From assembly GCA_964016885.1 (NCBI GenBank), contig OZ024757.1, positions 8,432,001-8,496,000 on the forward strand: DNA of 64,000 bases, given 5' to 3'. This DNA is from Eledone cirrhosa (lineage: Eukaryota). Made by a program: the position numbers and the translations under genes. This document shows, piece by piece, positions 39,501 to 52,370 of this stretch. The notes beneath the pieces are model-generated. The model did no database searches. It worked only from the letters and a program-made list of their open reading frames with translations, and was not told where the DNA came from. Numbering within the stretch: the stretch's first letter is position 1; every line of letters begins with the position of its first letter.

Positions 39501-40541
39501 CAGTCATGATAACAATATATTTTCTATCACATGTAACAGTGGAATCTGGTTAATTACTGGATCGTTGTAAGGTTCACATAATTATATTATTTACATACAT
39601 TAATATAGACATTAAGTAAATCTTTGTCAACTTACCTCCTTCACATATAATCAATGTGTTGTGTTGTTAGTTGTTACTAAACAACCAAAGAAATAATCTC
39701 TTTGCTATCAAATTAGAAGTTTCAATGTTATCAGCTTTATTTCACGACATTAACGTTGGTGTCTCTTCTTCATCTTTACTCATAAATTGATATCTTGTCA
39801 GAATGAAGTAGTGAGGTTGACTTTATATCTTTCGCTACAGATTTGATAGGAAATATATATATATTAGGTTGATATGTGGTCTAAAATATATATATTGTCT
39901 ATAAATGACTGATAGCAGATGTTCTGGTGAAATAGTAGTTTTACTACTACAGATTGTAATGGAACTCTTAGTAGATACAGTTGTAAAGTAAGAATAGATA
40001 TGACAGTGTAAGACTGATGTCGGGGTATTAAAATTGTGTGTGTGTATATATATATATAATTGTTACACAAGATATAATTACATTAAGAAGACAGCAGGTA
40101 CTCGATGTCATTGGAAATGATTTAACTCCCTTACCGGTGTCATTAGTTAAAAGTCCCTGATATAATTTAAAACATCCAGACAGTTCCAATAGTATTTAAT
40201 CGATAGTAAATGAAAAGGTATCACTCAGTAAAATATCAATTATATATCGACGTAGTGTCTCTGAGTGCTAGAAATAGCAGTGAAATTATCCATTACAGAC
40301 TTTTCTTTCTTTAAACTCTTACGTTTAGTAGATGTTTGTGTTGAGAATGTGTGTATTTGTATATTGTATGACGGAAGTCATCATTGAAGATGTTAAAAGC
40401 AATGTTGTGGAAAATAGGATCGTACGACTTTGTAATTATTTATATATAATTTATTTACAGACTACAAAGGTTAGAAGAATGTCTCTTGAGAGCAGGAAAA
40501 TTGCTTAAGAGGGCACATCACAGAAAAAATTGAACAAAAGA

Positions 40542-40606
<65 letters not shown>

Positions 40607-40672
40607 ACCCATGCTAGCGTGCAAAGTGGACGTTAAAGGAGGATGATGATGATATATATATGTATATATATA

Positions 40673-43001
40673 TCATCATCATCATCATCGTTTAACGTCC
40701 ATATTCCATGCTTGCATGGGTTTGGACGGGAGTTTTCCCACTTGAGGTAAGAGTGTTTGTCTTGTTCGCATAGGACTGTCTGGCGGATTTTCTACGGCTG
40801 GATGCCCTTCCTAACACCAATCACATTTACAGTGTAGAACTGGGAGGTTTTTACCGTGTTACCTACACGACCACATTACAGCGTGGACTGTGTTTTTTTT
40901 GCCGTGAGACCTACACGACCTCATTTGTTTCGGCCTGGATGTTGTGGTACCAACATAACTTTACATGGAAAGAGGTGAAGTGGATAGGGTGTGGGTATAT
41001 TTTGTTAGAGGTGTCTACTGACTGTAGTAGGTTTTACTTTGTATTTAGGTAAGGCGGGTCTTCTCTATTACTGTGTAGCGCCAAAGGTCTCGGTCCAGTG
41101 ACATTGTCTTGGAGAGGTGTAAGTGTGTGAGGTCGGAATTTATCAAGTCGTCCCAGGTTTTTCTGGATCTGCATACTCCATGCTACCGCCTATTTTTATT
41201 GCCCTGCACTTTTTTATACAGCTGTCGTCTTTTATGCGCATCACGTGACCATACCAACGTAGTATTCTCTCGAGTAAACAACATCTGATCCCTCTTATTC
41301 CTAATTTCTCCCTTAGTTTGTTTATGCTTTGCCGTTCACGTATATTACTATTACACATCCAGCGGAGCATGCAAGCTTCGTTCCTCTCTAGTCTGCGTAT
41401 ATCCTCTGCACACAATGCCCAGGTCTCACTGCCATGTAACATTTATGTTCGTATGCAGGCATCATACAGCCTACCTTTCATTTTTAAGGAGAACCCTTTA
41501 GCGGCTAATAGTGGTATAAGCTCTCTGAACTTTTTCCATCCAGTTCTGACTCTAGCTACTGTACTTTCAGAGCACCCTCCCCTACTCCTGATTTTGTCAC
41601 CCAGGTAACGGAAGCTGTCCACTATTTCTATAGAACCATCTGTGCAATGGAATGAGCTAGTATTCTGTGGGCACTTGCTGCTACTTATTGCACCAGAGCA
41701 CCGGCCACATATAAAAGCTATGTTCTTAGTTAGCTTACTTGTGATCCCCCTACATCTTTTATGCACCCATACTTTGCATTTGGGAAATAAAATGGAGTTT
41801 CTACCTACTCCTTTCCTACACACTGAGCATGGCCATTTCCCGGATAGGACCGGCGCCCTATTTTCCTTCCTACAAACTAGAACTTTAGTCTTAGACAGGT
41901 TAATTTTAAGGCCTTTTGATTCTAGGCCATGCTTCCATGCTTGGAATTTCTTCTCTAGTTCGGCCATTGATTCAGTTATGAGCGTTAGATCATCTGCGTA
42001 TAGGAGTTCCCATGGGCAGCCGGTCTTGAACTCCACTGTTATAGCCTGAAGGGCAATAATAAATAGTAGGGGGCTAATAACGGAGCCCTGATGAACACCA
42101 ACTTTTACGCTAAACTCTTCACTATATTCGTTGTTAATTCTAACCTTGCTGACTGTTTCTTTATACATGGATTGTATAGCTCTCACAAGCCATTCATCAA
42201 CACCTAGTTTTCTAAGAGCCCACCAGATAATGGAACGGGGGACTCTGTCGAAGGCTTTCTCCAAGTCGACAAAACCTAAGTGTAGGGGTTTACTTTTAGC
42301 TAGGTACTTCTGTAGTTGTCGTACAATGAAAAGAGCGTCTGTGGTACTTTTGCCAGACACAAACCCGAACTGCATTTCATCTAGATCAATTCTCTCTCTG
42401 AATAGTTGCACTATTACTTTTTCTGTGACCTTCATGACCTGGTCGATTAATTTAATGCCTCTATTGTTACTCCTATCTAGGGCATCTCCTTTACCCTTGT
42501 AGCTGTTCCCTCTATTGGGTCGATGTGGGGGAAACTGTCTTTCTCCCATTTATTCTCCTCATTTAGTAGCCTTTCGTAGTGACACTTCCAAGCTACCTTC
42601 TTATCAGCGTCAGTGATGGCAAGTACGCCATCATCATTAAGTACACACTTCTCCCCGAAAATATCACTGTTTTCCTTGACACATTGCCTAGCAATCCTGA
42701 ACACCTCACGTTTTTGGTCCTCGCGTTGTAGAACATGCTTGAACTTTCTTTCCTCTGCTTCCCTTCTTGCGAAGTACACTTGTCTCCTAGCTTCCCTCCT
42801 GGCCACCAGATAGTGTTCTATACTTCCCCCATCCCACCATGCTTTCCAAGCCTGCTTTTTGGCCTTAATTGACTCCTCCCCCTTACTGTTCCACCACCAT
42901 GTTACTCTCCTCCTGCCTATAGATCTGCTCCAGACACAGATTTCATCTGCTGCCATCAGCAAGTTTGCTTTCAGGAATTCCCATTGTTCCTCTATATTGT
43001 A
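40673..43001 (-). mobile_element. RTE subfamily C copy (duplicate of 23873-26401) with a ~180-bp deletion at ~42503
   Basis: ORFs 41443-42549, 41143-41442 and 42477-43000; same 5' truncation point as the 26401 copy. Confidence 0.95.
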
Positions 43002-43074
43002 CATATATATGTATATATATATATATGAATATAGATGTATATATATATGTATGTATATATGATATATATATGTA

Positions 43075-43940
43075 CATGTGTGGACGATATTTGGTCGCAA
43101 TTTTCAACTGCTAATTTTATGCAATTTTTTTTTACTCCGTTGTCACTGTTGTCCTCATAAAAACAGTGACTATATTTCCATTATTTATTTTCAGAATAAT
43201 TGATTATGAATAATTTTGAACCTCCAAATTTGTGGCAGAGACACGGAGTTCTTCTTGGAATCTGCGCCGAGAGGACAAATAAGACCAGAAGTTAACTCCC
43301 AGAACAACATGTGGCTCGCTGTCTCATCCAAAGACGTGCCCAGAGTCATACAGATAAAGTTTCCACCGACAACATTGGTCTTAGGTATCGTCATGCCACC
43401 TGACTGCTTCCCTGAGGGTCTCAAGCTGAACACCGATGGCTACATTCGCGTTCTGAGCGAGGTAGTAAAGCCCTTGATGGACCAGGTAGCTGCAGGTAGG
43501 CCGTACGTGTGGCAGCAAGACTCAGCGCCCTGCCATACCAGCCGAATGATCCAAGCCTGGCTGACAGAGAACTACGTTGACCTCACACCCCCCCCCCCTG
43601 ACATCTGGCCGCCCAGCTAGTCTGACTGCAATCCTCTCGACTTCTTTGTGTGGGGCGCAGTGAAACAAGACACCAACAGATCTAGCTGCAATACGAAAGA
43701 CGATCTGAAGGCCAGGATCATAAGTGCCTTTAGGGGCCTAAGTCAGGGGTCAGTGACGAAGGCCTGTAGCCGGTTTAGAGGCTGTCATCAAAGCCAATGG
43801 CAGGTTTATCGAGTGAGATTGAAAGAACAAGTTATGAAGACAAACTGACCCAAGTTTGATAAATAAATCTTAAAAAACAAAACTACTGTGTTATTCTTTC
43901 CTAGACAGTAATCTTGCGAATAATTATCGTCCGCACCCTG
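43075..43940 (+). mobile_element. DD37D (maT) element, duplicate of 26489-27346
   Basis: ORFs 43216-43620 and 43648-43848; same TIRs and flanks. Confidence 0.88.
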
Positions 43941-43996
43941 TATGTATACATATATAATATATGATATATGATATATATATATATATATGTATATAT

Positions 43997-45484
43997 AAAA
44001 AGGGGATGATCTGGAGAGGAGCAATTATAGGGGTATAAAACTGATGGATCGGGTTATGAAAGTGGCAGAAAGGATATTAATACAACTAATTAGAGAAAGG
44101 GTCAAACTAGATGAGATGCAGTTTGGTTTTGTGCCTGGGAAGAGTACAACAGATGCCCTCTTCTTGGTGAGACAATTGCAAGAGAGGTTCTTAGAGAAGA
44201 ATAAGTCACTCTACTTAGCCTTTGTTGACCTAGAGAAGGCCTTTGATAGGGTACCCCAATCTGTCATCTGGTGGTCCCTAAGGAAACTAGGTGTTGAGGA
44301 ATGGCTTGTGAGGACAGTGCAAACTATGTACAGAGGTGTTGTCAGTAAAGTCATGGTAGGAATGGAGTTTAGTGAGGAATTCCAGATATAAGTAGGAGTA
44401 CATCAAGTTCGGTCCTCAGCCTGCTCTCGTTCATTATAGTCCTCCAAGCCATAACAGAGGAGTTTAAGACTGGCTGTGCATGGGAACTTCTCTATGCTGA
44501 CGATCTGGTTCTTATAGCAGAATCAGTAGAGGAGATAGAGAATAAATTCTGGCTATGGAAACAGCAGTTGGAATCAAGAGAACTGAGGGTGAACCTAGCT
44601 AAGACAAAAGTGTTGATGAGTATAAAAGAGGACAAACTCTGATTCCGTCAGGGAAATGGCCATGTTCGATATGCAGAAAAGAACTGGCATAAATTCTATA
44701 AAATGCACACAATGCAGGTCCTGGGTACACAAGAGATGTAGCGGGATAGCAGGCAAACTAACAGGTAGGGAGAAATATGTATGCAGTAGATGTACAGGGA
44801 AATTAGACAGTAGAAGTCGCATTGATAGACACATTTTTCAAATGCAGGAAGGCGCTATAGATGTGGTGGTTTGCTTCCGGTACCTAGGAGATCAGATTAG
44901 CATGGGATGAGGGTGTTCCGAGGCCATAGTGTCGAGAATAAGGACGGGTTGGAAGAAGTTTAGGGAGCTGCTTCCTCTGCTAACGAAGAAGGGTTTCTCC
45001 CTGCGTACGAAAGGCCGGTTGTATGATGCCTGTGTGAGGAGCGCGATGCTGCATGGTAGTGAGACATGGGCAGCAACTGCAGAGGTTATGTGACGGCTGG
45101 AGAGAAATGAGGCAAGCATGCTCCGTTGGATGTGCAGTGTAAATGTGCGTGAACGACTCAGCATGAATGTGTTGAGAGAGAAACTGTGTCTGAGAGGGAT
45201 AGAATTTAGTGTAGGGGAGAGGAGACTGAGGTGGTATGGACATGTGATGCGCATGGAGGATGACCGATGGGTGAAGAAGTGCCAGGAAAATGCCAGTTGA
45301 AGGAAGACGTGGTAGAGGTAGACCACGAAAAACATGGGCGGAGGTGGTGATAACAGACCTCAGATGATTGAAGCTCACGGTGGAGATGACGAAGGACCGC
45401 GACGAGTGGAGAGATGCTGTGCTGAATAAGACCCATCCCACCCTTGCAAGCAGGGAAAAGCGGACGTAAAATGATGATGATGAT
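43997..45484 (+). mobile_element. RTE subfamily B, 5'-truncated, with stops
   Basis: ORFs 44044-44391, 44656-44910 and 45118-45300; tail then (TA)n. Confidence 0.93.
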
Positions 45485-45501
45485 ATATATATATATATAT
45501 A

Positions 45502-45728
45502 TCATCATCATCACTGTTTTACGTCCGTTCTTCTATGCTAGCATGGGTTAGACGGGTTGTCCTGTTGTGGGCAGTGTCCGGTTGGCTGACCTTGTCCTGC
45601 ACATACGGGAACTGATTTTGGCTTGATTTCTACAGCTGGATGCCCTTCCTAACACCAACCTTATTTACACTGAGAGCTGGCTACTTTTCTTCCGTGGTGC
45701 CTACATATCCACTTTATGGTGTGGGTTG
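45502..45728 (-). mobile_element. RTE A-type 3'UTR fragment (duplicate of 28468-28698)
   Basis: Near-identical sequence and context. Confidence 0.85.
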
Positions 45729-45770
45729 ATATACATATAATATATATATATAATATATATATATATATAT

Positions 45771-48700
45771 CGTCATCATCATCATCATCATCACCGTTTT
45801 ACATCCGTTCTTCCACGCTAGCATGGGTTTGACGGGTTGTCCTGTTGTGGGCAGTGTCTGGTCGGCTGACCATGCCTTGCTCATACAGGAACTGATCTGG
45901 CTTGATTTCTACAGCTGGATGCCCTTCCTAACACCAACCTCATTTACAGTGAGTGCTGGGTGCTTTTTCTTGGCGCCTACACGTCCACTTTACAGTGTGG
46001 GCTGGGTGCTTTTTTGCCGTGGCACCTCCACGACCACCTTGCGGTGGGGGGAGTGGGGTCATATTGTTTATATGCTTCAGCATGTACCCATGGGAGGTCG
46101 GGTACCCTGTATTACTGCGTGACGCCAGAAGTCACGGTCGTGTGTCATTGTCTTTGAGAGGTGTAGTTGGGTAAGATCGGCTTTTATCACCTCATCCCAA
46201 GTCATCTTGGGTCTCCCCACTCTGCGATTTCCATCAACTTCTAGTGCTCTGCACCTTTTTATGCAGCTGTCATCCTTCATACGCATCACATGTCCATACC
46301 AGCGTAACCGCCTCTCCTGCACGCAGCATTTGATTCCTCTTATGCTCAGTCTCTCTCTCAATTCCTTTATGCTTTGTCGTTCACATATATTACTGTTACA
46401 CATCCATCGGAGCATGCAGGCTTCGTTTCTCTCTAATCTACGTAAGTCTTCCACCTTCAGCGCCCAGGTCTCACTACCATGTGACATTGCTGTTCGGATA
46501 CACGCATCATACAGTCTGCCTTTCATTCTGAGGGAGAAGCCTTTTGCAGCTAGCAGTGGTAGTAGTTCCCTAAACTTCTTCCATCCCGTTCTTACCCTAG
46601 TTATTGTACTTTCTGAGCACCCCCCTCCGTTGCTAATTCGGTCACCTAGGTAGCAGAATCTGTCTACTGTTTCTACAGGGCCCTCCCAGAGATTGGTGGT
46701 ACTTGTTTCCTGTGGCTGTTTGCTTGCTGTTTCAGCACAGCTGCTGCATGTGAATCCTACATTCTTAATTAAGCTTCCTGAGATCCCGCTACATCTCTTG
46801 TGTACCCATTGTTTGCATTTGGGGCAGAGAATGGAGTTCCTACCTACACCTTTCCTACATACTGAGCAAGGCCATTTCCCTGAGGGGATCTGGGTTCTGT
46901 TTTCTCGTCTACTTACAAGGACCTTAGTCTTTGTCATGTTGACTTTGAGACCCTTTCTCTCTAGTCCCTGCTTCCAGGTTTGGAATTTATTCTCTAGTTC
47001 TACCATAGATTCAGCTATGAGTGCGAGGTCATCAGCATACAGGAGTTCCCATGGGCATCCGGTCTTAAACTCCTCCGTTATTGCCTGCAGGACTATGATG
47101 AACAGGAGAGGGCTAAGAACAGAGCCCTGGTGGACCCCAACCTGTACTCTAAATTCCTCGCTATACTCATTGCTAATCATAACTTTGCTGACTGCTCCCC
47201 TATACATGGCTTGTACCGCTTTCACAAGCCATTCATCTACTCCTAGTTTTCTAAGAGCCCACCAGATTACTGCACGTGGAACTCTGTCAAAGGCTTTCTC
47301 AAGGTCGACAAATGCCAAGTAGAGTGGCTTACTTTTAGCTAGGTACTTTTCCTGTAATTGCCTCACAAGGAAGAGGGGATCAGTGGTGCCTCTCCCTGGT
47401 ACAAACCCAAATTGCATCTCGTCTATATTCACCCGGTCCCTAATCAGCTGTGCTATAACTCTTTCTGTTACTTTCATGACCTGGTCCATCAACTTTATAC
47501 CTCTATAGTTTCCTCTATCTAGTGCATCGCCTTTACCTTTGTAGCAGTTGACAATGATGCTACTGCACCAATCTTCTGGTATGGACCTTCTAGTATTACC
47601 TGGTTAACGATACGTGTGGTTATAGTGTGACCTACAGACCCAGATGCCTTCAGCATCTCGGCAGCTATACCCGATGGACCGGTTGCCTTCCCCATCTTCA
47701 TATCTCTGATTGCCTTACTTACTACACTGCCGCTGACTTGTACTGCTGGTCCCTCTATAGGGTCTACTTGGGGTAGGGTCTCTTCTTCCCATGCATTCTC
47801 CTCATTTAGTAATCTATCATAATGACTCTTCCATGCATCTTTCTTCTCAGCACTTGTGAGGGCAAGCTCACCTTTATCATTCCGTATACACTTCTCTCCA
47901 ATGACATCACAACTATCTCTGACACACTGCCTCGCAATCTTGAATACCTCCTGTTTCTGGTCCTCACGTTGTAAAACATTCTTGAATTTTCTATCCTCTG
48001 CTTCCCTCCTAGCTAAGTATACTTGTCGCCTAGCTTCCCTCTTGGTCTCTATGTAATGTACCCTGCTCCCCCCGTTCTTCCATTCTTTCCATGCCTGTCT
48101 CTTGGCCTTGACTGCTTCATCTACCTTATTGTTCCACCACCAAGTCACTCTCCTCCTGCTTGAGGTCTTATTCCAGCCACAAACCTCATCCGTCGCCTCT
48201 AGTAAGTTATTTTTTAGGAACTCCCAGTTCTCTTCTACGTTAAATGTCTCTATCTGTTCTTCTTTACTGTCGTAGGCGTTGAGTAAAATATCTTTAAATC
48301 TGTTACTGGTTGAGGGGACTTTCAGCTTCCAGATCTTTCTTCTCCAGGTTGGCCTCTGTTTCCGGGTTCGTCTAGTTCTGACCGTGAGGTCGCTGACAAC
48401 TAAGCTATGTTGGGATGTACATTCCTCACTAGGGAAGGCTTTTGTGTTTACGACCGTCCATCTGTCACGTCCTCTGATGAGGATAAAATCTAACTGACTA
48501 GAGTGCTCCCCTGATCTATAGGTGATCAGGTGGTTGTCGGGTTTTTTAAAGTTTGTGTTCCATATCGACATGTCATTGGCGTCGCAGAATTCTAGAAGTC
48601 TGAATCCTTCCTCATTCCTTGTGCCAACTCCATGGCCTCCATGTACTCTATTGAAGCCGTCGCAGTGTTTACCTACGTGTCCGTTAAAATCTCCTGCAAT

Positions 48701-49460
48701 GATTAGGAAGTCCTTGTCGTCTGTTAGAGCAGTAGTGTGTATTAGGGACTCGTAAAACCTATCCTTAAGTTCGTCTGGCAGCCCCGATTGGGGTGCGTAA
48801 GCTGATATTATTGTGGTAATTGTCTTATTCAGGACTAGTCTGAGTTTAATGATTCTTGCATTTACCCTGTACACTGAGATTACTTTATCTACCCACTTGT
48901 CAGCTAATAGTATACCTACACCACCCATCCCATCGTCATTTCCCACCCAGAAAAATTTGTAGCACTGGCTTTTTCCTACAAGGACTCTAGCAGACCCTCC
49001 TCTCCATCTAGTCTCTTGCACACAGCATACATCAACTTCCTTTCGCTCTAGCATTTCTACGATTTCTCCTGCTCTTCCTTTCATTGAGCCTACATTGATG
49101 GTACCAACTCGGAGTTTTGGGCATTTGTCGACACTCGTAGGGGAGGGTCTCTGGGTTGGCGCTTCACGTGGGTGCTTGGTAGCTCGCAGATTCATATTTC
49201 ATCTATTGATTCAGAGTTGCTCAAATGTATTCTCAGCTCATTCATCCATAACGGTGGTGAAATTGAGGGCTAGAAGAACAGTGGTGGTGGGGTAATGGCA
49301 GGGTGTGTTGGGATGCGCCAGAGGAGGAGAGAGTTAGTTAGGCAGGTAGTAGCAGCAGCAGTGGAAATGGCATGCTAGGTTTGATTGGTCGAATAGACTA
49401 TGGTGGTGTGTGGGGGGAGGGGAGGGAACTTGTGAGGTAGGAACTGAGGGTCGCATGGTA
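45771..49460 (-). mobile_element. Near-full-length RTE LINE, subfamily A
   Basis: 5'UTR (boundary uncertain), APE + RT ORF, ~300-bp 3'UTR and (TGA)n tail into (TA)n. Confidence 0.95.
46077..49195 (-). pseudogene. RTE ORF: APE endonuclease + reverse transcriptase + PHD-type finger, single frameshift at ~47585
   Basis: APE motifs GTINVG, CVQETR, SAYAPQ, AGDFNGH, SQLDFIL and SQHSLV; RT YADDL. Here tggaccttc versus tggccccttc at 4601 shows a 1-bp loss; restoring it gives ~1039 aa. Confidence 0.93.
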
Positions 49461-49834
49461 AATAACTGAGAGAGATACAATAGAATTAGAATACCGCATG
49501 GTAAATATCCAAGTTAATACTACATCAGTAAAATTAACAATAATAACGTCATGAAAACTACTAAGAAAAATCCTCGAAAATTTATCGCTAATACAGCAGG
49601 GAACATCATTAATATTAGCAACAATATGTAGGCTAAAATACCTTCGGAGATTAGTGAGAATGGATGGCTGGAACAATTGGAATCAACTCTAGTGATACAT
49701 TTTAGCAGAGAAGAATGGGAAAGTGTCTTATCTCTTCAATATTTTCAGATTGAATGAATTAGGTTAAAGACAGGGTAGTAAACCTTAAAGAGATGCATAG
49801 AGAGGGGGGGGGGTAGGAAGTGAGGGTCGTACAA

Positions 49835-52370
49835 TTACACGTCCAATGTAGCATGCATGCCTCATTCCTTTCCAATCTGTGCAGGTCCTCTCCACACAAT
49901 GCCAATGTCTCACTGCCATGTAACATTGCTGTTCGTATACAGGCATCATACAATCTGCCTTTCATTTTTAGAGAGAAATGTTTGTGTCTAGCAGCGGTAT
50001 AAGCTCTCTGAACTTTCTCCATCCCGTTCTAACTCTGGCTACTACACTTTCAGAACACCCTCCTCCACTGCTGATTTTGTCATCCAGGCAACAGAAAGTG
50101 TCCACTATTTCTATAGAACCATCTGGGCAGTAGAAGTTTCTAGTATCCTGTGGGTACTTGCTGCTTATTTCACATCAGCATCGGCCACCTATAAAATCTA
50201 CATTCTTAGATAGCTTACCTGTGATCTCACTACATCTTTTATGTACCCATAGTTTGCATTTGGGACATAGAATGGAATTTCTACCTACTCCTTTCCTACA
50301 CACAGAGCATGGCACCAGTGCCCTATTTTCTTTTCTACATACTAGACCTTTAGTCTTAGACAAGTTAACTTTAAGGCCTTTTGATTCAAGGCTATGCCTC
50401 CATTTTGGAAATTTCTTGTGTAGTTCAGCCATAGATTTGGCTAGGAGAGTTAGATCATCTGAATATAGAAGTTCCCGTGGGCAGCTGGTCTTAAACCCCT
50501 CTGTTATAGCTTGAAGGGCAATAATAAACAGAAGGAAGCTAAGGATGGGGCCTTGCTGAACACCTACTTTTACACTAAATTCTACACTATGTTCATTGTT
50601 AATTCTAACCTTACTGACTGTTTCTTTATACATGGCTTGTCTAGCTCTCACAAGCCATTCATCTACTCTTACATTTCTAAGAGCCCACCAGATAATGGAG
50701 CGGGGTCTCTGTCAAAGGCTTTCTCCAAGTCAACAAAAGCTAAGTATAAGGGGTTTACTTTTAGCTAGGTACTTCTCCTGTCCAAGAAAATAGCATCTGT
50801 GGTACTTTTACCTGGCACGAACCCAAACTACATTTCATCTAGATCTATTTGGTCTCTGATTAGTTGTGCTATAACTCTTTCTGTGACCTTCATGACCTGG
50901 TCAACTACCTTAATGCCTCTATAGTTTCCCCTATCTAGAGCATCCCCTTTACCCTTGTAGCAGTTAACGATGATACTTCTATGCCAGTCATCTGGTATGA
51001 CCCCATTCTGTATTACTTGGTTTACTATCTGGGTGTCCATAGTATGTTCCACCATTCCAGATGCTTTCAACATCTCAACAACTATCTCCAAATCCCAGCT
51101 GCCTTGCCCGTCTTCATATCTTTGATTGCCTTACTTACTATACTACCATTAACTTGCACTGCTGGTCCCTCTATTGGATCGATTTGGGGTAGACTATCTT
51201 TTTTCTCATTTATTCTCCTCTTTTAGTAGTCCCTCGTAGTGACACTTCCAAGCTACCTTCTTATCAGTATCAGTGAGGGCAAGTACACCATCATCATTAC
51301 AGACACACTTCTCCCCAACAATATCACGGTTTTCCTTGACACTTTCTTTTGCGATCCTGAACACCTCACGTTGTAGAACATGCTTGAACTTTCTATTCTC
51401 TGCTTCCCTTCTTGCAGAGTACACTTGTCTCCTAGCTTCTCTCCTGGCCACATGATAGTGTTCTCTACTTCCCCCATACTTTCCAAGCCTTCTTTCTGGC
51501 CTTGATTGACTCCTCCACCTTACTGTTCCACTTCCAAGTTACTCTCCACCTGCCTTTAGGTCTGCTCCAGCTACAGATTTCATCTGTCGCCTGCAGCAGG
51601 TTAACTTTCAAGAAGTCCCACTGTTCCTCTATATTGCACGTCTCTAATTGCTCTTCCTTATTGTCAAAGGCATCAATAAGCTTTTAAATTTGTCACTGGC
51701 TATGGGGTCCTTCAACTTCCATACTCTTCTCCTCAAGGTAGGCCTCCTCTGTCGTCGAGTACCTCTATTCCTGACTGTGAGGTAACTAACTACTAGGCTA
51801 TGTTGGGAGGTGCATTCTTCACGGGGGAGGGATTTAGTGTTTACAACAGACACAGTCACACCTTCTAGTAAGGATATAATATATCTGGCTGGCATATTCC
51901 CCTGATCTACAGGTGATCAAGTGGTTTTCTCATTTTTGAAGTTTGTGTTACAGATAGTTAGGTTATTAGTGTCACAAAATTCCAGGATTCTGGAGCCTTC
52001 CTCATTTCTAGTACCAAACCCATAGCCTCCATGGATTCCATCATAGCCATCACTATGTTGTCCTATGTGACCTTTTAGGTCACCAGCAATAATTATGCAG
52101 TCACTGAGGTTTATTTGGGAGGAAGTGAACATTAGCAAATCATAGAACCTGTCTTTTATTACGTCAGGTAGACCAGATTAGGGTACATAAGTGGATATTA
52201 TTGTCATGGTTGTTCTATTTAGAACTAGTCTTATTTTAATTATTCTGTTGTTAACTCTCTATTTATGGCAATTACCTTATCTACCCATTTCTCTGCTAAC
52301 ATAATTCCTACTCCACCCAGCCCTATGTCATTTCCCACCCAGAGAGGTTTATAGCATTGTTTTTACCCAC
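49835..52370 (-). mobile_element. Older degenerate RTE (C-like), APE to RT, 3' end lost
   Basis: Fragmentary ORFs 51917-52138, 51644-51895, 51206-51451, 50828-51091, 50175-50651 and 49759-50022. Confidence 0.9.

Noticed and set aside
46207-47322. Long plus-strand ORFs over RTE copies (also 10082-10735 and 41642-42502)
   Set aside because: Antisense shadows of RT coding sequence with no independent domain signal.
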